From: a virus
Taxonomy: Duplodnaviria; Heunggongvirae; Uroviricota; Caudoviricetes
Length of the DNA: 42,120 nucleotides
Reading direction: 5' to 3' (one strand)
IMG/VR virus record: IMGVR_UViG_2534681763_000019
A program made the position numbers and the translations under genes. Below, piece by piece: positions 1 through 9,417 of this stretch. How positions within the stretch are numbered: position 1 is the stretch's first letter; each line of letters starts with the position of its first letter. The notes under the pieces are model-generated. The model worked only from the letters and a program-made list of their open reading frames with translations. It did no database searches and had not been told where the DNA came from.

Positions 1-483
1 ATGACGAAGAAAAAAGCACATAAACCTGGTTCAGCGACCATCGCGCTTAACAAGCGCGCCCGTCACGAATACTTTATCGAAGAAGAGTTCGAAGCGGGAC
101 TTGCCCTGCAAGGCTGGGAGGTTAAATCCCTGCGCGCAGGAAAAGCCAATATCAGCGACAGCTACGTCCTTCTGCGTGACGGAGAGGCATTTCTGTTTGG
201 CGCTAACATCACGCCAATGGCCGTGGCCTCCACGCATGTGGTGTGCGATCCTACCCGTACCCGCAAGTTACTTCTCAACCAGCGCGAACTGGACTCATTG
301 TACGGTCGCGTCAATCGAGAAGGCTATACCGTAGTGGCGCTCTCCCTGTACTGGAAAAATGCCTGGTGCAAAGTGAAAATCGGCGTCGCCAAAGGTAAAA
401 AACAGCACGATAAACGTTCAGATATCAAAGAACGCGAATGGCAGGTGGATAAAGCACGTATCATGAAAAACGCCCACCGTTAA
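1..483 (+). CDS. smpB: SsrA-binding protein SmpB
   Basis: 160-aa ORF whose translation ([28 protein letters not shown]...) I recognise as enterobacterial SmpB; lies directly upstream of a tmRNA gene as in the conserved smpB-ssrA arrangement. Confidence 0.95.
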
Positions 484-697
484 ACCTGCACTCCAATTAT
501 TGACCAGTTCCTCACCGCGCCTCCCTCTCCGGCGGCGCGAATGAACATCTTATTGGCTATCACATCCGACACAAATGTTGCCATCCCATTGCTTAATCGA
601 ATAAAAATCAGGCTACATGGGTGCTAAATCTTTAACGATAACGCCATTGAGGCTGGTCATGGCGCTCATAAATCTGGTATACTTACCTTTACACATT

Positions 698-1060
698 GGG
701 GCTGATTCTGGATTCGACGGGATTTGCGAAACCCAAGGTGCATGCCGAGGGGCGGTTGGCCTCGTAAAAAGCCGCAAAAAATAGTCGCAAACGACGAAAA
801 CTACGCTTTAGCAGCTTAATAACCTGCTTAGAGCCCTCTCTCCCTAGCCTCCGCTCTTAGGACGGGGATCAAGAGAGGTCAAACCCAAAAGAGATCGCGT
901 GGAAGCCCTGCCTGGGGTTGAAGCGTTAAAACTTAATCAGGCTAGTTTGTTAGTGGCGTGTCCGTCCGCAGCTGGCAAGCGAATGTAAAGACTGACTAAG
1001 CATGTAGTACCGAGGATGTAGGAATTTCGGACGCGGGTTCAACTCCCGCCAGCTCCACCA
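698..1060 (+). ncRNA. ssrA: tmRNA (transfer-messenger RNA)
   Basis: Starts GGGGCTGATTCTGGATTCGACGGG, contains the tag reading frame gcaaacgacgaaaactacgctttagcagcttaa (ANDENYALAA-stop) and ends in the tRNA-like GGTTCAACTCCCGCCAGCTCCACCA; 363 nt. Confidence 0.93.
1016..1060. repeat. attL: 45-bp ssrA 3'-end direct repeat (left prophage boundary)
   Basis: ATGTAGGAATTTCGGACGCGGGTTCAACTCCCGCCAGCTCCACCA is repeated exactly at 36277-36321; the interval between the copies carries a complete P2/186-like prophage with int next to the right copy. Confidence 0.8.
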
Positions 1061-1070
1061 AATAAATCAA

Positions 1071-1103
1071 GGGGTTACGTGAAAGCGTAGCCCCTTTTTC
1101 TTT
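1071..1103 (+). terminator. Rho-independent terminator after ssrA
   Basis: Stem GGGGTTACG / CGTAGCCCC (one G-U pair) with loop TGAAAG, followed by TTTTTCTTT. Confidence 0.5.
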
Positions 1104-1183
1104 GGTAGTGGCGGCAAAATGGCGACAAACTTTTGCGTCTATCTTGCCTGTCGCCATCTTGAAATCATGCAAAGAGGTTTCAC

Positions 1184-1666
1184 ATGGAAGAACTTCACTT
1201 TGTTTACATCAATGCAAATGGTCGTATCGGTGTTCACTCTATACAGGGCATCAGTTATAGCGAAAATCATATACAGGGCATTTGTAAGAACACCGATCGA
1301 ATAAAAACCTTCCGAAAAGACCGCATTCTTAAACAGTACGATTCACCAGAACAAGCCATTCAGGAATGCGCGTCATTCCTCCCCGAAAACTACTCACATC
1401 TCACTAAGCAGTCTGGTCCGAAAAAAAATACATTCGATGTGTGTTTCACCGGATTTAAGAAAGCAGATAAAGAAAGATTGGTTGATAAGGCGAATGAACA
1501 AGGATTAACGGTAAGAACCTCTGTAACCCAAAGCCTTCAGATGCTCTGTTGCGGTTACAATGCAGGCCCATCAAAAGTATCGGCAGCCAGGATGAAAGGC
1601 ACAATCATCATAGATGAGCCTGGCTTTATACATTTTCTTGAAACGGGTGAGATCCCAGATGAATAA
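1184..1666 (+). CDS. Small protein with WYL-like N-terminus and BRCT-like C-terminus (prophage-end moron)
   Basis: 160-aa ORF with RBS aaagagg 8 nt upstream. N-terminal segment ...GRIGVHSIQGISYSENHIQGICKNTDRIKTFRKDRI fits the WYL pattern ending in FRxDRI; C-terminal segment FDVCFTGF...GLTVRTSVTQ...GYNAGPSKVSAARMKGTIIIDEPGF fits the BRCT fold pattern of ligase-type BRCT domains. GC is lower than the phage core. Confidence 0.6.
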   Translation: MEELHFVYINANGRIGVHSIQGISYSENHIQGICKNTDRIKTFRKDRILKQYDSPEQAIQECASFLPENYSHLTKQSGPKKNTFDVCFTGFKKADKERLVDKANEQGLTVRTSVTQSLQMLCCGYNAGPSKVSAARMKGTIIIDEPGFIHFLETGEIPDE

Positions 1667-1695
1667 AAACCTGCCGTAGCAGGTTCTCTTTCTCA
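1667..1695. terminator. Bidirectional hairpin terminator between convergent genes
   Basis: ACCTGC-CGTA-GCAGGT hairpin flanked by A-rich and T-rich runs, between the + gene ending at 1666 and ogr ending at 1693. Confidence 0.45.
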
Positions 1696-1911
1696 AAAAT
1701 TCATATGCCCCTGACCACCTGGCAATGGATGTGGAGGAGCAGTAGCAATCAGTGCGGGTGTCACAATAAACCGGACCACTGTTTCATGGGTAACAAAAGT
1801 GCTCCCGCAGTTAATATTTTGGCACTGGCAGTAACGCTCTTTGGTGCTTTCAGTTACTTGAAAACTGCTCCTTGTGTGTGCCGCATGACCACACTTTGGA
1901 CAATTCATCAT
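1693..1911 (-). CDS. ogr: Ogr/B-family zinc-finger late transcription activator
   Basis: Translation from the internal Met (MMNCPKCGHAAHTR...KERYCQCQNINCGSTFVTHETV...PHPLPGGQ) matches the Cys4 zinc-finger pattern of P2 Ogr / 186 B; it sits between D and the att site as in P2. Confidence 0.8.
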   Translation of the reverse strand: MMNCPKCGHAAHTRSSFQVTESTKERYCQCQNINCGSTFVTHETVVRFIVTPALIATAPPHPLPGGQGHMNF

Positions 1912-1979
1912 ATCCAGATCCCTACCTTTGCTATCAGAATCATTGTAATGATACACAAAATACCAATATTGAGAACCTT

Positions 1980-3080
1980 TTATTCCATTTCAAGATCATC
2001 AATCTTCACTTCGAGTTCAATACTGGTTGTAAAACCGTTATCCGGGCTGACGGTATGTGTCAGAGTCGTAATGGTCCATTCCGCATCATCTATCGGCTGT
2101 TTAAAACCACTGACTTTCACTGGCATTTCCGTGTAGAGATCTGCCCGACCTTCCGCCAGTTGTAGCGAGAATGACGCAACGCCGCGTTGCAGGCGTTCCC
2201 ACTGCATTTTCGCTGCCCGTTCAGCGTTGCTCCGGTTGGCATAAGTGCGATTAAGTACCAGCACGTTTTCATCCGTACCCACCAGGTAATCGCCCTGCTT
2301 CGCTTCCGGCTCTTTCTTCTGATTCTTAGTCCTGCGCTTACGCTTCACCGTTGTGCTTTCTTTCTTCGCGGGTTCGCGGGTATGCAACCAACTGGCAATT
2401 ACGCCCGTATAGGCTCCGCGATCTGCCAGGGTAAAGCGGTGACTGTCGCCGTCCTTACGTGTGATAGTGATCACCGGTAGTGGTTTACCGCTGGCACTTT
2501 TACCCTGTCCCTGCCGGATGAATAACAGATTGCCATTTTTCACCGACGCAATAGCACCGTACTGGCGCGCCAGCCGCATCAAAAAACTGCCGTCACTCTC
2601 ATTAGTCTGGTCTATATGCTCCACGGGTTTATCCGACAAGTCTTTAGCCAGTGCCATCTTCAGTTTGTGCCGCGCGGCTATTTCCTTCACCACTTCCCCG
2701 ACCGTGGTCTTGTGCCACGACTTTTCACGGCGGGTATTCAGCGTTTCCCGAAAATCAGCACTTCGCGCCCGGATAGTCAGGCGGTCCGGTGCGCCAGTGT
2801 GTTCAATCTCGTCCACCGTGAATGCCCCTTTCGGGAAAAGCGGCTGCCCCTTCCAACCCAGCGCCAGCGTAATGACCGCACCACGGCGCGGCAGCACGAT
2901 TTTTCCGTCAGCGTCGTCCAGCTCCAGATCAAGCTGGTCCGCTTCAAAGCCCCGGTTATCCGTCAGCGTAAGCCCCATCAGGCGGTTGTCCAGCACAGTA
3001 GTGATATCCCTGCCCTCAATACTGATGCTGAATGCGGGAGTTTTGTTGCCCTTATTAAGCAGTTCAGAGCTGAAATTCAC
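1980..3080 (-). CDS. D: Tail protein D (late control gene D family)
   Basis: 366-aa ORF at the P2 gpD position (last tail gene before ogr); 4-nt overlap with upstream U. Confidence 0.85.
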   Translation of the reverse strand: MNFSSELLNKGNKTPAFSISIEGRDITTVLDNRLMGLTLTDNRGFEADQLDLELDDADGKIVLPRRGAVITLALGWKGQPLFPKGAFTVDEIEHTGAPDRLTIRARSADFRETLNTRREKSWHKTTVGEVVKEIAARHKLKMALAKDLSDKPVEHIDQTNESDGSFLMRLARQYGAIASVKNGNLLFIRQGQGKSASGKPLPVITITRKDGDSHRFTLADRGAYTGVIASWLHTREPAKKESTTVKRKRRTKNQKKEPEAKQGDYLVGTDENVLVLNRTYANRSNAERAAKMQWERLQRGVASFSLQLAEGRADLYTEMPVKVSGFKQPIDDAEWTITTLTHTVSPDNGFTTSIELEVKIDDLEME

Positions 3081-3562
3081 GACAGCAGCCCTCCCACCGT
3101 TTTACTGATATCGCTTAAAGCAGATGTTGCCGTTTCCTGCAGATTATTCAGTTGCGCACTGAGATCACCGAACATATCGGACAGGGATTCATCCACTCGT
3201 TTGAGCGACAGGGTGAACTCAATCCGGCGCGGCATACCGTCGCGGAAAAACTCCGTTTTAGTCTGATTCAGTCCCTCAATCACATACATGCCGTAAATCG
3301 TGCCGCTGCCTTCAATCAGGGGCCATGCTTTCCCCTGTTCTGCCATCTGCTCCAGTGCCAGCAACGACAGCCTGCCGCCTGTTATCTCCGGCATAAGAAC
3401 GCCAGAAAGCGTCAGCATGTCGTTATCCGGTCCCAGAAACTGCGTTGACGGGCGTCGGTTAACCCGGCTGTTTGCCGCATGTCGCCAGCTGCGTTGATAC
3501 TGCAGTTCCTGATACGGAACGGTGCGCAGCATAAACACGTACAATCCCAGCACCATCATCAT
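3077..3562 (-). CDS. U: Tail protein U
   Basis: 161-aa ORF between tape measure and D, translationally coupled on both sides; P2 gpU position and size. Confidence 0.85.
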   Translation of the reverse strand: MMMVLGLYVFMLRTVPYQELQYQRSWRHAANSRVNRRPSTQFLGPDNDMLTLSGVLMPEITGGRLSLLALEQMAEQGKAWPLIEGSGTIYGMYVIEGLNQTKTEFFRDGMPRRIEFTLSLKRVDESLSDMFGDLSAQLNNLQETATSALSDISKTVGGLLS

Positions 3563-6500
3563 GCGTCGTATCCCCCCTGATCGCTGTAGTTACTCCTGGC
3601 TTTTGCCTTCAGCCTGCGTTCACGTTCATCAAGCTGGCGTGCCACCTCCCGCGCAATATCCTGCGCACTTTGTCCTGGCTGCGTCTGAATGATGATCTGC
3701 GTCGGTGCCTCAATCCGTTGAACGAGCGGCACAGTGGCTGCGCGACTCACAATTGCTTCTCCACCTTTCGCGGGAAGTGCCAAAGGGTGCAACGGTGGAA
3801 GCTCTGCTGGCGCGGCAGCAACGCCCATCATTCCGGCAACAACGGCAGCCAGTGCAGCTGTATTTCTCCGGCTGGTCACATTTGCCGGGCCGTTAACAAT
3901 TTCCGGCCCGTTTTCACCGACGATGCCAAACTGCCCGCGCGGGATATACCCGCCGCTGTCATACAACCCCGCAAAGCCATATCCCCATGACGGAAAACCA
4001 CCCGATGTCATCATCACTTTACCGTCTGCATTCACCGTCGCAGGTTGCTGACGCGTCACGCTTTCCGGCAGTTTTGCCTTTGCGGCTTCTTTACTGACAA
4101 TGCCGAGTTTTTCCAGCAACCAGGATACGCCGGATTTGAGGGAGTCCAGCGGATGCATAACCATATTCAGCCCTTCCGCCAGCGCCTCCCCGAATCGTCG
4201 CCCCATTTCCGCTGCGCTCTGCAGTTCGGCAGAAGTCGACTTAACGGGTGTCAGCAGATCAGTAAACCAGCCCCACAACGCCTGCACTTTATCGCCAATC
4301 CACTGGAACACAGGCTTAAGTGGTTCGAACGCGGCACTGACGGGACCTGCCGCTGCTTTGAATCCCTCCACCACACCACCGAGAAACGCGGTGATGGGTT
4401 GCCAGTATTTCCAGACAACCAGCGCCACACCCGCCAGTGCAGTAACCACAAGACCTATCGGACTGAGCAGAGCACCTAACAGACCAGACACGGCATACAG
4501 GGCAACGCGCAGCATCGCCAGTGGACCAGATGCCAGTACTCGCAGCACCGTGCCTGCGGCGGCCAGTCCACCGCGCAGTACCGCCAGAGGATTCATAAAC
4601 ATCACAGCAACAGCACGTAAACCGGATAATCCAGACCGCAAAAGTGCAACCGGCGCACCTGCTACAGTTTTCAGGACATTTCCCGTCAGTGATGCCGTGC
4701 GGCGCAAAGACGACAACGGCGCAGTAAGTAAACCTGCGGCGTTGCCCGATGAAGCAAGCCCGCGTCGCAGCAGTGCCAGTGGTGCGCCAGCCAGCCAGGA
4801 CAACGCGCTGCTGGTTCGAGTTACTGCTGCCGTAACGGAAGATAACGTTTTGATACCCAACACAGAGAATCCCAGACGGATCACTGCCAGCGGCCCCAGC
4901 ACTGCAGCCAGCGCCACCGCTAAGGTGCCGAGGCCGACGGTAACCGCAGCCACAACAGCCGATGCTTTCATCAGTGTGCCTGTCAGTTCCGGGTTAGCTT
5001 CCACCCAGCGACGCAACGCCCCCGTGACGCTTTTCACCGTGTACAGAATATCCATCAGCGGCTGGCGCAGCGTTTCGCCCAGGCTGCTGAAGGTGTTCTG
5101 CGCTCCGGTTTTGGCCAGCAACCACTGCGCAGAAAGTGAATCCTTGTTAATGTCGGATTCTTTCTGCATGGAGCCGAGCGCATCATTGCCCGCTGTCAGT
5201 TTTAACTGACGCTGCAGTTCCGGCAGGTTGTTTGCCAGTTTCGCCGCGTCATCGCCAAACTCTTTACCAAACAACATAGTCATGGCAGACAGGCGCTTGT
5301 CCTGCGGCAGCGCGTTTACCTTCTCCAGCACGCGCTGGATGGTTCCCATCGCATCCTTCGTCATCTGCTTTTCAATCACTTCAGGATTGAGTTTCAGCAG
5401 ATTCATCCCTTCAAAGAAACTCTTGCTTTGCATGGTGGCAATGGACAATTCACGCACCATCGCGTTTGCTGCACTGGCTGCAACCTCTGGCGCAGCGCCC
5501 AGTGTCAGGAAGGTGGAACCCAGCGCCGCCGCTTTACGATAATCCAGACGGTCAGCCACACCGCCCAGACGTTGCATCACATCAATGATGTCTGCCCCTT
5601 TCGACATGGCGTTATCATCCAGATAGTTCAGCGCATCACCGAGCTGTTCAATATTGCGGGTGGGGATTTTGTAGAGCTGGGCGATTTTCCCCAGACTTTC
5701 TGACAGTTCATCCGCTGGCAGCTCAAAGGCTGTTGCCGCCTTTGCTGCCGTACTGGCGAAGGCCAGCAGGTCACGTTTCTGATCTTCCCAGCTGTCGTCA
5801 GGGTTTGCGACGTTCATGCGCGCACCACCTTCAACCAGTGCAGCGAAGTCCACCGCACCGTTTTCCATCGGCAACTGTTCGCTGGCAGCCTTGATGGCAT
5901 CCTGCATTTCATAAAAACGTGCAGTGCGGTTGCCATTATCGTCACGCAGACCATTGACCTGCTTTGCCACACCTTTCATGGCATCTTCCATGCTGGTATA
6001 GCTTTTTACTGCCGCCATCACTGGCGCACCCATTGCCAGCCCTGCAGCCGTGGTGGTGGCTCCGGCACCTGCAATACGATCACGCACCTCCAGCGAACGG
6101 GCATAACTGGCACGCGCTGCATTCATCCTGCGCTGAGCTTCCCCCAGTCGCTTCAGCCGCGCCTCCTGTTTCGAAAGTTCCTGGTTATAACGTGATGTTT
6201 CACGGGCTAAACGGGCAGTTGCTCCCGCATCGTCTTTCGCAGAAATTCCCGCCCGGTACAGTTCAGCACGCACAAGCGCCGTCTGCTGCTGCAGCTTTTT
6301 CTTGCGTTCTTCCAGGCGCTGAACAGCCAGCCGTTGACGGCCCAGAGCAACAACCTGACGTTGCGAAGGCGGCCCCATCGCTCCCAGTTCCTGACTGAGC
6401 AAATTTGCACGCTGGCGGGCATAGTTCAGACTGTCGCCTAATTTCTGATTTTCTGCCTGCAGCTTTCGGAAGCTGTCCAGACTGCTCCCGGCCTGATCAA

Positions 6501-6636
6501 GCTGCTTTATTGCATCGCGGGATTTTTTGACAGCAGCAGCCAGTTCTCTTGAACTGGCCTGCGCAGATCGAAATGGGCGGGTGAGCTTGTCAACCGCATT
6601 AAGAATGACCTGCAGACGCAGGTTGTTATCACTCAT
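3559..6636 (-). CDS. T: Tail tape measure protein
   Basis: 1025-aa ORF with coiled-coil N-terminal half and Gly/Ala/Leu-rich repetitive hydrophobic segments; located after E/E' as in P2. Confidence 0.88.
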   Translation of the reverse strand: MSDNNLRLQVILNAVDKLTRPFRSAQASSRELAAAVKKSRDAIKQLDQAGSSLDSFRKLQAENQKLGDSLNYARQRANLLSQELGAMGPPSQRQVVALGRQRLAVQRLEERKKKLQQQTALVRAELYRAGISAKDDAGATARLARETSRYNQELSKQEARLKRLGEAQRRMNAARASYARSLEVRDRIAGAGATTTAAGLAMGAPVMAAVKSYTSMEDAMKGVAKQVNGLRDDNGNRTARFYEMQDAIKAASEQLPMENGAVDFAALVEGGARMNVANPDDSWEDQKRDLLAFASTAAKAATAFELPADELSESLGKIAQLYKIPTRNIEQLGDALNYLDDNAMSKGADIIDVMQRLGGVADRLDYRKAAALGSTFLTLGAAPEVAASAANAMVRELSIATMQSKSFFEGMNLLKLNPEVIEKQMTKDAMGTIQRVLEKVNALPQDKRLSAMTMLFGKEFGDDAAKLANNLPELQRQLKLTAGNDALGSMQKESDINKDSLSAQWLLAKTGAQNTFSSLGETLRQPLMDILYTVKSVTGALRRWVEANPELTGTLMKASAVVAAVTVGLGTLAVALAAVLGPLAVIRLGFSVLGIKTLSSVTAAVTRTSSALSWLAGAPLALLRRGLASSGNAAGLLTAPLSSLRRTASLTGNVLKTVAGAPVALLRSGLSGLRAVAVMFMNPLAVLRGGLAAAGTVLRVLASGPLAMLRVALYAVSGLLGALLSPIGLVVTALAGVALVVWKYWQPITAFLGGVVEGFKAAAGPVSAAFEPLKPVFQWIGDKVQALWGWFTDLLTPVKSTSAELQSAAEMGRRFGEALAEGLNMVMHPLDSLKSGVSWLLEKLGIVSKEAAKAKLPESVTRQQPATVNADGKVMMTSGGFPSWGYGFAGLYDSGGYIPRGQFGIVGENGPEIVNGPANVTSRRNTAALAAVVAGMMGVAAAPAELPPLHPLALPAKGGEAIVSRAATVPLVQRIEAPTQIIIQTQPGQSAQDIAREVARQLDERERRLKAKARSNYSDQGGYDA

Positions 6637-7065
6637 CGTTGGCCCCGCTTCTCTGAATCGCTTTATACCGCCATTCCAGCACTTCGGTCAGCGGCATAAC
6701 GTCAGTAACGGATGGCGGCCAGTGAAAAATGGTGGCGATATCTGCCACCAGATCGTCAACCGTCAGGCTGTCGGTAAACCGGCAAGCACCGACTTCTTCA
6801 ACAAAAAAGTGACAACCTCAACCGACATGGCAGTGAGATCTGCCGGGTCCATCTCTGCAATTTCCTGTGCAGTCAGTGCCGGACTGGAGATGCGGGGGAT
6901 CACGGTCATCATCGCGTTTACATCCATATCCATAATGGCCTGCAGGCGTGTACCGCGCAGCGCACCGGACTGCGGTTTACGCAGCACAATTTCGGTGATT
7001 TCTGTTTTACCGCGCTTGATGGGGGTATCCAGTTGAATGGTCTTTTCAGTCTGCTTATCACTCAT
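6629..7065 (-). CDS. E+E' -1 frameshift fusion product (predicted)
   Basis: My manual translation shows the -1 frame after the slippery site staying open until a stop at 6629-6631, overlapping the T start codon, as for P2 E+E'. Confidence 0.6.
6763..7065 (-). CDS. E: Tail chaperone E (zero-frame product)
   Basis: 100-aa ORF directly upstream of the tape measure gene; contains the T6G slippery heptamer near its 3' end. Confidence 0.8.
   Translation of the reverse strand: MSDKQTEKTIQLDTPIKRGKTEITEIVLRKPQSGALRGTRLQAIMDMDVNAMMTVIPRISSPALTAQEIAEMDPADLTAMSVEVVTFLLKKSVLAGLPTA
6802..6808 (-). other. Programmed -1 ribosomal frameshift slippery heptamer TTTTTTG
   Basis: Minus strand reads T_TTT_TTG in the E zero frame, the same slippery heptamer used by P2 E/E' and analogous tail chaperone pairs. 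Confidence 0.6.
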
Positions 7066-7119
7066 TTTTCTGTCCTGTAAATTGGGTTCTGGCGCGGCAT
7101 TCCGCGCCGTTCAGATACA

Positions 7120-7635
7120 TCAGAGGCCGAGGGCGTTGCGGTGCGCTTCCATCAGGTCCACACCGTCCACAATTTCCACCATGTTGATAAGGTCCACTTC
7201 ATAGAGCACCTCACCATTGATAGTCAGCTTCGCGTAACTGTTGGTACTGGTCACTTTGGTGGTGTTGCTTTCGCCCGTCTTCCACTCGCCGGAGTCCACT
7301 TCTTTGTGACGTCCACGCACCACAAGCTCCACGGCCTGTACTTCCCCGGTATCATCACGCTGGATAGAGCCGGTAAAGCGCAACTGGATGCCATCCACCG
7401 TGGCTTTGCCCATCTGTTTAAACAGCAGCAGTTCAGTACCACCAATGGAAAATTCTGTGTCCAGAGCACTGTCATCAAGCCCCAGATCCACATCCACTGC
7501 ACCCGGCATTCCGCCGCCGCGATACTTCTCATATTTGCGGGTGAATTTCGGCAGCGTCAGCGACTCTACGATCCCCTGCCAGTTGTTCCCGTCGTTAAAC
7601 AGGTTCAGATGTTTTAATTTGCGTGGTAAAGCCAT
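7120..7635 (-). CDS. FII: Tail tube protein FII
   Basis: 171-aa ORF immediately downstream of the sheath gene; P2 FII position and size. Confidence 0.85.
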   Translation of the reverse strand: MALPRKLKHLNLFNDGNNWQGIVESLTLPKFTRKYEKYRGGGMPGAVDVDLGLDDSALDTEFSIGGTELLLFKQMGKATVDGIQLRFTGSIQRDDTGEVQAVELVVRGRHKEVDSGEWKTGESNTTKVTSTNSYAKLTINGEVLYEVDLINMVEIVDGVDLMEAHRNALGL

Positions 7636-7644
7636 GTTGTCCCC

Positions 7645-8817
7645 TTACGCGCTGACCTGGCTGGCAAAATTCACCAGGTACTGATCGGTGATGCGCTGGC
7701 GCAGCATCAGATTTTCAAGTGGCGGCACTGGCGTGTAGTCATAGTCGATGGTGAGTTTTCCGGCTTTCAGCGTGTCTTTGTCGTTCACCGACTCATCCAG
7801 CCAGCAATCACCACCAATGAGATAGCCCTGACTGACCAGGCTGCGCATTTTGGCGCGGATACCTTCGATAATGTCGCGGGCCAGCGACGGGTTAAGCGGT
7901 TTATCCACTGCCCACATGTGCGCTTCTGCCATTGTGTCCGTCAGCACCTGCGCCGTGCGGGTGTAGTTTTCGAAGGCAAAGAGCGGGTCATCACTCAGGC
8001 AGCGGGAACCCCAGAAGCGGAAACCGTCTTTACGCACAAGCGTGGTGACGTCGTTCTGGTTCAGCAGACCTGCATCGGTTGCCGGGTCCTGCAGATCCCA
8101 GAACACATCTGCAGAAATTCCGGTGACACCGTTCACGCCCACGTTGGACAGGCTTTTGTGCCACCCGGTCTGCTCATCAATTTTGGCACGCAGACCAAGC
8201 GCACGGGCGGTGGCATATGCCGTTGCTTCGGCATTCAGCACCGTGTCCCAGCCAGTAAAGTCGGGCCAGATCAGCATTCCTTCGCGCTGGCTGAAGTTTT
8301 CACGGTAAGTGATCGCCTCCTGTACCGTCTTGCAGCCATACGCTGACAGGTAAGCAAACCCACGCAGGCTTTGCGCCACGCTCAGCAACTCAGTCGCAAC
8401 GGCTTTGTTATCGTGACCTGGCACGCCGAGAATGCGCGGTTTAACGCCGAGCTGTGACTGGGCAGATAGCAGGGCTTTCATGCCTGTTTTTTTACCTTCA
8501 GCAGTCACAGCGCCGATGATATTGGTCGTGGTTTCGTCTTCCGTTTCACCCTGCGGCACACGCACAACAACGGTCACGGGTTTTGCCTGGTCAGCGATGG
8601 CATCCAGCGAACGGGCCAGAGTACCGGACTCACCCGCTTTACCGCTGGCAGTCAGCACATCAGTGATCAGCACGGGTTTATTAAGAGGAAACATTTTTGC
8701 ATCGGCATCATCGCCCGTGCAGACCATACCCACGATGGCGGTGCTCACCGTGGTAATGGATCGGGTGCCTTCGTTGACTTCAACAACGCGCACCCCGTGG
8801 TGGTAATCCTGAGCCAT
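7645..8817 (-). CDS. FI: Contractile tail sheath protein FI
   Basis: 390-aa ORF upstream of the tube gene; P2 FI position and size. Confidence 0.88.
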   Translation of the reverse strand: MAQDYHHGVRVVEVNEGTRSITTVSTAIVGMVCTGDDADAKMFPLNKPVLITDVLTASGKAGESGTLARSLDAIADQAKPVTVVVRVPQGETEDETTTNIIGAVTAEGKKTGMKALLSAQSQLGVKPRILGVPGHDNKAVATELLSVAQSLRGFAYLSAYGCKTVQEAITYRENFSQREGMLIWPDFTGWDTVLNAEATAYATARALGLRAKIDEQTGWHKSLSNVGVNGVTGISADVFWDLQDPATDAGLLNQNDVTTLVRKDGFRFWGSRCLSDDPLFAFENYTRTAQVLTDTMAEAHMWAVDKPLNPSLARDIIEGIRAKMRSLVSQGYLIGGDCWLDESVNDKDTLKAGKLTIDYDYTPVPPLENLMLRQRITDQYLVNFASQVSA

Positions 8818-8949
8818 AAGGCAGTCTCTCCGGTAGTAGAGGGGGTCTGCCTATGTTCTGGTTGATACGAGCAGGATGCACGTTATGTGGTTTGTATGAA
8901 AAATGGCACAACGGCGGATACAGGAATCCCCGCAGACGCGGGGATGTAT

Positions 8950-9417
8950 TCAGACTTCTGGTGATAAAGGCCAGACTATATCCGGGGCATCACTTACATT
9001 AATATTTTCAAGTAACTCAAGATAATCCAGCATCGCATTAAATCTGGTTGTCTCCATTTCGTTCAGCCTGCCAAGCTGTAATTTTGATGGCCATTGTTTT
9101 TCATTAATCAGGTTGTTAGCCTCATTAATGCGCATCTGTTTCATCATTTCTGCCTGTTCCACCTGTTCCTCATGGGTCAATGGTGGACGTTCTTCCCATG
9201 ATGGCTGGTTATCAGTGCCTGCAACCATTTTGTACCCTTCCCGATAACCAAGATAAAACTCCTGATAGACTGCATCACTTACCTCAATACAGTCATCCGG
9301 CCACGCATCGAGAGCATCGTAATAATCAGATTTCAGTTCACTGTTATAAAATGCATTTCTTGATGGACTGTAAAAATAACTCATCAGACCCCCTCCGCAA
9401 TAAACCCAATATTCCAT
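8950..9417 (-). CDS. G: Tail fiber assembly chaperone
   Basis: 155-aa ORF immediately downstream of, and overlapping, the tail fiber gene; lower GC than the core, typical of mosaic fiber modules. Confidence 0.7.
   Translation of the reverse strand: MEYWVYCGGGLMSYFYSPSRNAFYNSELKSDYYDALDAWPDDCIEVSDAVYQEFYLGYREGYKMVAGTDNQPSWEERPPLTHEEQVEQAEMMKQMRINEANNLINEKQWPSKLQLGRLNEMETTRFNAMLDYLELLENINVSDAPDIVWPLSPEV

Noticed and set aside
4100-5209. 369-aa plus-strand ORF (and several others, 3670-4479) inside the tape measure gene
   Set aside because: Antisense to a well-supported 1025-aa structural gene; Pro/Ala/Ser/Arg-rich low-complexity translation typical of the reverse frame of GC-rich coding DNA.
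8818-8949. Cargo at the Z/fun position between tail fiber assembly gene G and sheath gene FI
   Set aside because: Only about 130 bp of intergenic sequence is present there and no ORF; this hotspot position is unoccupied in this prophage.
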